Shown here in pieces: positions 1 to 8,103 of a DNA stretch of 9,603 bases. The position numbers and the translations under genes were made by a program. Within the stretch, counting starts at the first letter, position 1. The number at the start of each line of letters is the position of its first letter. The notes beneath the pieces are model-generated. The model did not search any database and was not told the origin of the DNA. It was given only the letters and a program-made list of their open reading frames with translations. This DNA comes from Zygophlyctis sp. KS116 (lineage: Eukaryota; Fungi; Chytridiomycota): NCBI GenBank assembly GCA_054661495.1, contig BAAFSQ010000346.1, forward strand, positions 1 to 9,603. Direction: 5' to 3'.

Positions 1-30
1 ACTAAAGAAATGTTTCATAAATTTTTCTGA

Positions 31-744
31 ATGTTGACTTCGGATGCAGAGAGTGATACAGCTAATGCAATTCGATTTGTTGTATCATCTGATGAGGAAT
101 CCAAATTACCGAAATTCAAGCGCTTGCGAAAGAAGCATAAATCGCATGATGACTTGCATGATTTGAATTCAAATTACTCTAACAGATATTTTTTAGATAT
201 AGATGGCAATTCTAACAAAAGCAGCAAAGATCCGATTTCATCAGAAAATGAGGATGCTATTTTAGTTTCTAGCGAATCAACTATATCTGATTCAGAGACT
301 GCAGAGTCTATAGGGACTTATTATTCTATAGATGACGATGCTCCGATAGAAACTGTTGGAACTTTAAATTGCAATTATTGTAAAAAAGATGTACCAAGAG
401 ACAGCTTTAGCGCTGCTCAGCAAAAGATTGGATTCTCAATAGGAAAAGCCAAATGTCTCATACACCATCAAGGCAGATTGAATTTCAATTTTGATGCTTC
501 AAATCTAACTAGTGATGAGTCGGACAAATCTTGTAGTCAAGATCCGACAGATGATGAATCTGAACATGATTGCAACAGGATTATAGATTTTGGAAGATAT
601 AAAGGAAAAACTTATGGATGGACTCTAAAGAATAAACCAACATACTGCGAATGGGTATTAATGCAGTCGGAACCATCAACCAAACTTGAAAACTTGCAGC
701 GTTGGCTACTTGATGTCTCAAAATCGGGAGGCAAAAGTCATTAG
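31..744 (+). CDS. Hypothetical nuclear protein: acidic/Ser-rich disordered regions, Stc1-like zinc finger and one C-terminal 42-aa FGKY-type module
   Basis: Uninterrupted 237-aa ORF. Basic cluster KLPKFKRLRKKHK (103-141). Motif CNYC-x8-FSAAQQK-x9-CLIH (370-465). Module IDFGRYKGKTYGW...PTYCEW...QRWL (583-708), also present three times in the next ORF. The start is near the window edge, so an upstream exon cannot be excluded. Confidence 0.8.
   Translation: MLTSDAESDTANAIRFVVSSDEESKLPKFKRLRKKHKSHDDLHDLNSNYSNRYFLDIDGNSNKSSKDPISSENEDAILVSSESTISDSETAESIGTYYSIDDDAPIETVGTLNCNYCKKDVPRDSFSAAQQKIGFSIGKAKCLIHHQGRLNFNFDASNLTSDESDKSCSQDPTDDESEHDCNRIIDFGRYKGKTYGWTLKNKPTYCEWVLMQSEPSTKLENLQRWLLDVSKSGGKSH
583..708 (+). 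repeat. 42-codon FGKY-type module, copy R1 (in ORF1)
   Basis: IDFGRYKGKTYGWTLKNKPTYCEWVLMQSEPSTKLENLQRWL. Confidence 0.9.
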
Positions 745-755
745 TGATGTTTTTT

Positions 756-880
756 ATAAATATTAGATATAATAAGTATGATGGAGTTTGGATAGGGATC
801 TCTGATATATAGTTTAGCCTTAAAGTACAAGTAAATTGTTGAACTGCGCAGTTTCATTGAGGTGAAACGAGTCAATTTTT
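756..880 (+). pseudogene. Decayed fifth copy of the FGKY-type module (relic)
   Basis: ataaatattagatataataagtatgatggagtttgga (756-792) resembles ataaactctgatttaagtattatgatggattttgga (1386-1421). It reads MMEFG* in the ORF1 frame, 198 nt after R1. The 3' boundary is uncertain. Confidence 0.6.
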
Positions 881-932
881 ACTGATAACAGACCATTGCA
901 AGTTTGATAATAGATCTGAGACAGAGAGATTA

Positions 933-1766
933 ATGGGTTGCAAGATTGAATATAATGATGATGATTGCAAGGATGGGATAAAGCTGGAGCCAGGGCAAGA
1001 TGAATGCATTGATTTAAATAGGACTGATATGATCTATGAAGAAAATAGTAATGACACAAAGAGCAGTGCAGACTTTCTATCAGAGTATGAAGATGACTTT
1101 TTTGCTTTTGCTACAAGATCAGTAATCTTGAATTCAAATATAAACCCATGTGATGATTCTGTAAATGATGAAATAATGCAAGAGTTGGATCAAACTGATA
1201 ATCAGCCAACAGAAATTATGGATTTTGGAAAATATAGAGGGAAAACTTATAAATGGGTTCGAAGGTATCGCCCAGATTATTGTAAATGGGCTTTGAGACA
1301 GCGATCTTCTTTAACGAGACTTGGAAAGTTTAAGATTTGGCTAATTGAACAGCGAATAAATGCTGAATCAGTAAACACAAGACAAATAAACTCTGATTTA
1401 AGTATTATGATGGATTTTGGAAAATATAGGGGTAAACCGTATATTTGGGTACATAGGTATAAGCCAGACTATTGCATTTGGGCTTTAAAACAACAAAATT
1501 GTTCATTTAGACTAAAGAAATTTCAGATTTGGCTATTTATTTTTAGCGCAGAAAAGAGACTACGTGATAATGATGATACTAGTAGGAATAGATTGATAGA
1601 TTTTGGAAGATTTAAGGAAAATACTTATGGTTGGGTATGTAGGAATGAGCCAGAATACTGCATTTGGGCGCTGCGACAGTCAAATCCAGCGATCTGCTTG
1701 GCAAACTTTCAGAATTGGTTATGGCGAATGACATTGGTAGATGCAAGAGATGATTCTTTATTTTGA
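933..1766 (+). CDS. Hypothetical protein: acidic N-terminus plus three tandem 42-aa FGKY-type modules (resembles DUF3820/exodeoxyribonuclease X C-terminal-like domain)
   Basis: Uninterrupted 277-aa ORF. The three internal repeats keep DFG, YxW, PxYCxWAL, Q and WL with no indels, which indicates selection at protein level. The family label comes from motif recognition, not from a search. Confidence 0.85.
   Translation: MGCKIEYNDDDCKDGIKLEPGQDECIDLNRTDMIYEENSNDTKSSADFLSEYEDDFFAFATRSVILNSNINPCDDSVNDEIMQELDQTDNQPTEIMDFGKYRGKTYKWVRRYRPDYCKWALRQRSSLTRLGKFKIWLIEQRINAESVNTRQINSDLSIMMDFGKYRGKPYIWVHRYKPDYCIWALKQQNCSFRLKKFQIWLFIFSAEKRLRDNDDTSRNRLIDFGRFKENTYGWVCRNEPEYCIWALRQSNPAICLANFQNWLWRMTLVDARDDSLF
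1218..1343 (+). repeat. 42-codon FGKY-type module, copy R2
   Basis: MDFGKYRGKTYKWVRRYRPDYCKWALRQRSSLTRLGKFKIWL. Confidence 0.9.
1410..1535 (+). repeat. 42-codon FGKY-type module, copy R3
   Basis: MDFGKYRGKPYIWVHRYKPDYCIWALKQQNCSFRLKKFQIWL. Confidence 0.9.
1596..1721 (+). repeat. 42-codon FGKY-type module, copy R4
   Basis: IDFGRFKENTYGWVCRNEPEYCIWALRQSNPAICLANFQNWL. Confidence 0.9.
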
Positions 1767-1831
1767 ATAGTAATAGATTATATAGACATATTAAGTCGTT
1801 TTATTGTGCCAAGGGGAGGGTTGAATCACCG

Positions 1832-4800
1832 ATGGGAGGAAATTCGTCTGTTGCTAGAACGTATTCGTATGGTGTAGATTCTCTTCTATCAGATATTGAG
1901 GGACTTTTACCGGGCATAGAGTACGAGAAAAGGTGATTTATTAATGAAATAAATGTAAGCGTCGGAACCTCACGATATCTCAAAACGATTAGAGTAAAGT
2001 TGCCTTATCAAGGACCGCTCATGATCAGAATATTCGTTAAGCCTGATCCGGCAATGCATCTTGCTGCATTTGCTAATTTTCTAAGAGGTAAATTGAACCA
2101 ATGCTGATTATAAGATCAACAGGATTCTCTGCGATCCGTTCCTAATGCTTTACCGTTCCATATTATTCATGAAACGCCAAAGGCGGGATATCTGATTCGA
2201 CAGACTTTAGGAACAAATCTGTACGATCGTATATCTACTAGGCCTTTTTTGAGTAAAGAAGAAAAGACTTGGATTTGCTATCAACTCTTGTCAGCTATTG
2301 CAGCTACTCATTCACGATCTATATGTCATGGTGATTTAAAAACAGAAAATGTTTTACTAAACTCTTGGGATTGGGTGTTTTTGTCTGATTTTGGATTAAA
2401 ACCTGCATATTTACCTGATGATAATCCGGCAGATTTTTCATATTACTTTGGTTCCTCAGCAAGAAGAATATGTTATTTAGCACCTGAAAGGTTTTGTGCT
2501 CCTGGGGATGTTTTATTTCTATCCGGAAAGTTGACACCAGAAATGGATATTTTTGCGTTGGGATGCACCATAGCAGAGTTATTCTTAGAAGGGACTCCAT
2601 TATTTACTTTTACTCAGCTGTTGAGATATAGAATAGGAGAGTTTGATCCTATATTGGTTTTAGAAAAAATTGATGATGATAATATCAAGGTATTTAAAAG
2701 TTGTTAAAAAAAGGAATTAATTCGACACATGATTCAAGTCGATCCAAAAGATAGAAACTCTGCTCAGCATTATTTGGATGAATGGAGAGGTGTAATCTTT
2801 CCAGAAGTTTATTACTCGCACATTCATGCTTTTTTTGTTAGATGTTTGAGACCTCTTGAAGATTCCTCAGGAATGCTTGGTCATAGGCGTCTTTCAAATG
2901 ATTCAGACTCAGAAGCAATAATACAGTTGATTTGGACAGATTATACGCAATTAATAGAGTGGATAAGTCCATCTATTTATCAGCCGATTAATATTCCACT
3001 AAATACTGTCGAGCTAATATCGACGGATTTGAAGCGTGATGTGGAACATGGTAAATTTTCTTTCATAATACTTAGCTAATATATACCTTTTATTTACCAA
3101 CCTCATTTGTTCAAATATGCGGAATTTACAATATCCTTCAACAAAGCTAAAAGCGTTAGATCTACTCATATTGTTCGGTCAAAGGGTTGATGATGAATTC
3201 ATTTTAGATCGCCTCGTACCTTACATATTGGTGTTTGCTGAAGATGAAAATTCCATGGTGAGATCTAGCTCCCTTAGAACACTGACATATTTGGTAAGAA
3301 TCATTTATAATTAATTTAAGCTGTCTATTATTCAGGAAATTTTGATCGCTGACAGAAATGTTTTCTTGGAGTTTATATTTCCTAGCTTAAAAACCATGTC
3401 AACTGACCCAAGTGAATTGGTTAGATCTACATACGCCGACTGTATTTATTCTTTGGGTATTTTTTGCTTTTTGAATTATTTAGCTGAAATTTCTGCTCGG
3501 TTTCTAGATTTGTCCCAAATTTTTCGTGATTTAGTGCCTCCAGATAGCGATGAAGATGAAATATTACAAGTAAGTTTTCTTTATAAACATAAAGATGCAA
3601 ACATATGATGCCTCCTTACGAGATATTAAAGAATTTTTAGTGGAAGATTTGAAGGTGCTTTTGCTTGATACAGATATTACCGTCAAACGTACTTTACTCA
3701 AAGAAATCCCCAAATTCTGTATATTTTTAGGTCGGCAACTTGCCAATGATATTCTGTTATCCCATATTATAACTTACCTCAACGATTCGAGCTGGGAATT
3801 AAGATGGTATTTTTGAAACCTATATTCATACAAAGTGCGTTTTTAGAGGCCATTGTAAGCGTTGCAACATCTTTAGGTCCAAAAGAACTCGATGAATATA
3901 TATTACCATTGATTTTGATGTCAATAAGTGGTACTTTATTCAATACTTATGTATTATAGATTCAGAGGAGATTGTGATTCACCATTCTCTTCAGTCTTTG
4001 ATATCTCTAGCTGAATTACGACTGTTAGGTAGACATCGGATGAAGTCAATAGTCAATGTGGTTGTACCTTTGATGTGCCACCCTTCTATTTGGATCAGAG
4101 AAAGTAAGTATTCATCACAGTTTGACTAATATTCAGGTACTTTTGGCCTTTTATCATGTATCTCAACCGTACTCCACACTGTAGATGTTCACTTTATGGT
4201 ATATCCGATCGTTCAGCAGTTTTTGAAGTTTGATATAAGTGATATTGACGTCGAAAATCTTGAAAAATCTGTTAAAACACATTTGGACAGAGAACAGTTC
4301 TACACTGCCATAGAAGCAGTGGTTTCAGATAAAAACAGAGATGGTGATACTATGGCCGATGATTGGGAGAAGTACGTTCATTTAAACGGTAATAATTAGT
4401 TCAATTCTTAAATCTCTTAAAAAGTCTGCAATGTCGGATGAAGATCGAACTAAAATAGTTGCTTTAAAGAATTTTATATGTAAGGCTGAAAAGTCCTTGA
4501 ATAATTCCCCACGATCAGATTCTGTTGCGGCTGAAAAATTTCGGCTGATATCCCTCAAAGATCTTGGAGTTACTCCATACACGATATTTTTAAACCCACC
4601 TAATTTCTCTCTGGCGCCTTTTTATATGATAACCAATACAGTATCAGAACAACTTAATTCACACATTAACTCTGAATTTGGTGAAACTGAAAGTGAAAAT
4701 AGTACTCCTCGAATAGCGACAACTGTCCCTTTGTCAATCACAGCTCAAAAGAGAAGCCTTTCATTTCAAAGAACAGGCTCTTCGCAAAGTTCGTTGGCTA

Positions 4801-6620
4801 GGAAGTCATGGTTCCTTAATTTGAACATCTTACAAACATCAGATGCTCATAGTAACACTACAGGACATGAGAGAAAACTCTCAACACAAAGTAGATTAAG
4901 CAAAGCAGGAAGCACCCCATCCCCGACTAAGGCGTCAAAATTTCCATCATTGCAAGGGAACAATGAAATCAACGGTTTATATTTTTATGTGACTGAAATG
5001 ATAGAATTTATTCCCTTCCAACATGATATTTTGGAGAAGAAGACACTAGAATTTTTCCCGCCACCTTTGATTGAATATGGGGAAAAGACCGCTCCGGCAA
5101 TGTATAGAAACCGAAGTTCTCTGCAGAGCTCAAATGAAAAAGAACAATCTTGGAAACCCAGGGGGCGTTTGGTTGCGCACTTCAATGAACATAGAGGACC
5201 GGTCACCGTCGTCAAAATTTCCAGCGACCAAACTTTTTTTGTTAGCGGCTCTGATGATGGTATGCATCCAATTACTTATTTTTCTTAGGATCAGTAAAAA
5301 TCTGGGATAGCAGACATCTTGAAAAAAATGTTGTGAACTCGGCAAGATTGACTCATTCAGTTGGTATTTTCAGAATCAAACTAACTATTTCAGGTGGTAA
5401 AGTTCGTGATATTGTTTTTTGTGAGAATTTAAATACTTTTGTGGTCGCAAATGATAACCATCAGCTTCAAGTTTGTCGGTAAGTCTTATTATTAAAAATC
5501 AGTGTGACGACACAAAAAAAGGGTGATCAAATAAAATATGTTGATTTGCGAGTTATTCAGATTTTTTCGCTGCAAAAGGAAAATGCGAATATACTTGACC
5601 ATTATGATACTGGTAGAATTTATTTCAGTAATTAAATGATAGATATGCATTCTTTACTGATAGTGGCGACTAATCATTCTAAAATAAGAGCAGTCGAGTA
5701 CTTTTCTAATTTTATTAACGAAAGTCTTCGGACAATGAAGGAAATCTGGCTTTTATCGTGCATGCATAAATACGGTGAAATAACTGCCATGTTATCAAAT
5801 AAGAGAAGCTGTTGGCTATTAGTAGGCACAAGTAGGGGGGTGCTTATGTTATGGGACACTCGCTTTTTAATATGTCTAAAAATCTGGACGCACCCATTTA
5901 AAGGTAGAATATGGAAATTAGCCACATGTGTTCATGATGCCGGGAAGTTAGTTTTAATCGCTGGCGAGAATGAAATTTCTTTATGGGACATATCGACGGC
6001 AGAATGTCAGCAGGTTTGGTGTAGTCTTAAATCGAATACGAAAGAGGATTGTTTGGAAAATATTCCATCTGAACTTTACTCGAATGGTTTCGAGGTATTG
6101 CTTTTGAATATTCTGACTAACAGTTCAATAAAAGGCCACCTCCAACAGAGTTTAATATCTCGGTTACATCAAATGATATTTATTCACATAGGAATTTTGT
6201 TGCGGCTTCCCCAAATGTCCTTATTTCTTCTTCGGCTGATTCAGATGTGATATGCTGGGACAACCAAAATCTTTCCAGCTCAAGCGCATTAGTTAATAAT
6301 GATCCCAAGCTCTCAATTCGATTTTTGTAATAAGTTATTTTAATATTTTTAGGACAAATTATTTTCTTGGAATTACGTTTAATTTTTGCTATATTTTTTC
6401 GGACTTATTTGCAGCTCCATCAAGCCTTCCTATCTGGGCAAGGAATACAAGTAGTCTCAATGATCAAGAAAAGCTGGACTTTGAACTGGAAAAAATAAAT
6501 CTCAAAAGTCCTGTCAGCATTGCTCATCAAGATATAATTCTTTCAATGGCTCTATTAGATTTCCCGCAAAATTTTCTCATAACAAGCTCGAGAGATGGTG
6601 TAATAAAGGTTTGGAAATGA
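1832..6620 (+). CDS. VPS15: Vps15 / PIK3R4, regulatory subunit of class III PI3-kinase (pseudokinase, HEAT repeats, WD40), about 1420 aa, 20 exons
   Basis: N-myristoylation-type start MGGNSS. Diagnostic segments NLYDRISTRPFL, HGDLKTENVLL, LPDDNPADFSYYF, CYLAPERF, ILDRLVPY, NDILLSHIITYLND, WKPRGRLVAHFNEH and C-terminal SRDGVIKVWK*. Manually spliced exons: 1832-1932, 1960-2087, 2115-2689, 2714-3050, 3076-3293, 3321-3456, 3484-3569, 3595-3806, 3836-3930, 3960-4103, 4137-4371, 4400-4974, 5005-5259, 5289-5363, 5394-5478, 5503-5612, 5643-5697, 5725-6094, 6124-6326, 6353-6620. These total 4263 nt in one open frame. Intron 4975-5004 is tentative. Confidence 0.96.
1933..6352 (+). other. 19 spliceosomal micro-introns (24-33 nt) in VPS15
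   Basis: 1933-1959, 2088-2114, 2690-2713, 3051-3075, 3294-3320, 3457-3483, 3570-3594, 3807-3835, 3931-3959, 4104-4136, 4372-4399, 4975-5004 (tentative), 5260-5288, 5364-5393, 5479-5502, 5613-5642, 5698-5724, 6095-6123, 6327-6352. All are GT..AG, and removing them restores the frame and Vps15-like sequence. Confidence 0.88.
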
Positions 6621-6635
6621 TTAATTTAAATTAAT
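6620..6635. other. Perfect 16-bp AT palindrome spanning the 10-nt gap between convergent stop codons
   Basis: attaatttaaattaat equals its own reverse complement. VPS15 TGA is at 6618-6620 and the kinase TAA is at 6633-6631. Function unknown. Confidence 0.6.
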
Positions 6636-8103
6636 GGGTATGATTGTAATCGAAATTGATAAAGTCACACCTTAAATCATTTTGGATTGTTTCTTGATGC
6701 AATGATTGTAATTTCTTGTGTCTTTCTAAAACTTGTACATATAGCTCCATATCCTTTTCATTGCTAAAATCATCAAAATGTCTGGTATCAGTCGGAAAGC
6801 CCAATTTCGGTATGAATGGTGGCTTAGATTCCAAAATATCTTGAAAATCAAAACCATGAAAAAAGGGATGGGCCTGTAACTTTGCAATACTGTCTATTCT
6901 TATGTTTCTATACGTGATCAGTTGAGTAATCAAGCTCCATGCTGCGTCACCCATATTTAATCTGAATTCATCATCATTGTATATTGGTCTTTTAAGTGTT
7001 TTTTGCCAATTTCTGACGTTTTTCCAAACTTGATCCATGTCTTCTTCAGTAAACGGAGGAAATCCTGTGAGACACTCAAAGATCATGCATCCCACTGACC
7101 AATAGTCAACAGCATAGTCATAGCCTGCACCACTGTCTTGAATTATTTCTATAGCAATGTAATCTAAAAGTCAAACTCTTATTGTACCTGGAGATCCAAC
7201 AATGGAAAAGGCTCGATTGTCCACTCCGTCATTGATCTTGTAAATATCCAATCTCTGATTCAAATCTCTAGAATTTTTTGGAATTGAACCCAGCTTAGTC
7301 TTATCAATGCAAATATTTGGGATAGATGATGGGACATGCATGCCGTGACTTAACCCAAAATCTGTTAATTTCAAGAAACCTTTAGTTGTAATGAGAAAGT
7401 TTTCTGGCTTCACATCTCTGTGAATGTATCCCATTTTATGAACCTGATCAATAGCGATAAACATTTGGGCGCAGTAGAATCTTGTAGTACTTTCAGTCAA
7501 TATTCGATTTCTATTTAGAAAATTCCTAAAATCTCCCCCTGGAACATATTCCTATTGATAAAGCATTTTCATTACCATTGCCAAATAGATACAGTCCTCA
7601 TCCTGAAATGCATGGTGCAGTTTAACAAGCCATTCTGATCTAGATTTCTCCATGAGATCTCTTTCAGTCTTGATATGAATAATTTCCTCTTGTAAGAAAA
7701 GCATCTTCTTATCCATTTTTTTGACTGCCAGGATCTCTCCAGATTTTGTCGCCATTAGATATACTACTCCATAGCCTCCCTGGCCTATCTGTGATATAAA
7801 ACGGAAATCAGTTATTGACAATGGCTTCACGCGTCTAAAGTTCTGTCTTTGGAATTCATTGTAGAAATCCATAAAATATAAATGATTATTGAGTGCTCGA
7901 GATGCTGTTAATTTGGAACACTTAAAATTCTGATCGATTGTATTACCTTTAAGAAGTGAAAATTGTGAATGTGTGGTAGATGCGTTACTTGATAATCCAT
8001 CGCAAATGTGAGATATTTTATTGATAGAATACTTTAGACCAACAGAATTAATCATTCTTGAGCGACTGTCTCGGGGATTTGTGGCACAAAAATGTTCGGA
8101 CAT
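6631..8103 (-). CDS. Dbf2/Sid2-like NDR/LATS-family AGC Ser/Thr kinase, about 474 aa, 3 exons
   Basis: Exons 8103-7576, 7551-7188 and 7163-6631, with two 24-nt GT-AG introns (7575-7552, 7187-7164). Motifs: QIGQGGYGVVYL, LAVKKM, TERD, YLAM|EYVPGGDF, YIHRDVKPENFL, LTDFGLS, an NDR-type insert, AFSIVGSP|DYIAIE, VDYWSVGC, PPFIPKL, DTRHFDDF. The motifs GQGGYG, SEWLVKL, VGSPDY and LYFMDFY point to the Dbf2/Sid2 branch. It may be a divergent paralog, so no symbol is given. Confidence 0.93.

Noticed and set aside
745-932. ORF1 and ORF2 as exons of one gene
   Set aside because: This would need an intron of about 190 nt or several unsupported micro-exons in a genome with ~27-nt introns. The gap has multiple stops and a decayed repeat. 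Not excluded without cDNA.
583-1721. Repeats as a CRISPR array or transposon termini
   Set aside because: They are diverged protein-coding repeats conserved at amino-acid level. No identical DNA repeats, TIRs, TSDs or transposase were seen.
4805-4842. Possible intron in the VPS15 linker (gttcct...catcag)
   Set aside because: Candidate lengths of 32 or 38 nt break the frame (the 32-nt one creates TGA), and the unspliced frame is open.
820-5925. Short minus-strand and alternate-frame ORFs (820-1059, 1801-1983, 2319-2600, 3564-3746, 4382-4582, 4985-5215, 5071-5310, 5130-5345, 5674-5925)
   Set aside because: They are shadows of real coding sequence with no recognisable motifs.
6377-6414. T-rich intron-like segment in the last VPS15 exon
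   Set aside because: Removing 38 nt would shift the frame away from the conserved DGVIKVWK terminus, given intron 6327-6352.
1832-6620. VPS15 as a fragmented pseudogene, or an alternative genetic code / stop read-through
   Set aside because: Every stop and frame change falls within a 24-33 nt GT..AG segment, and removing these gives one open frame of about 1420 aa.
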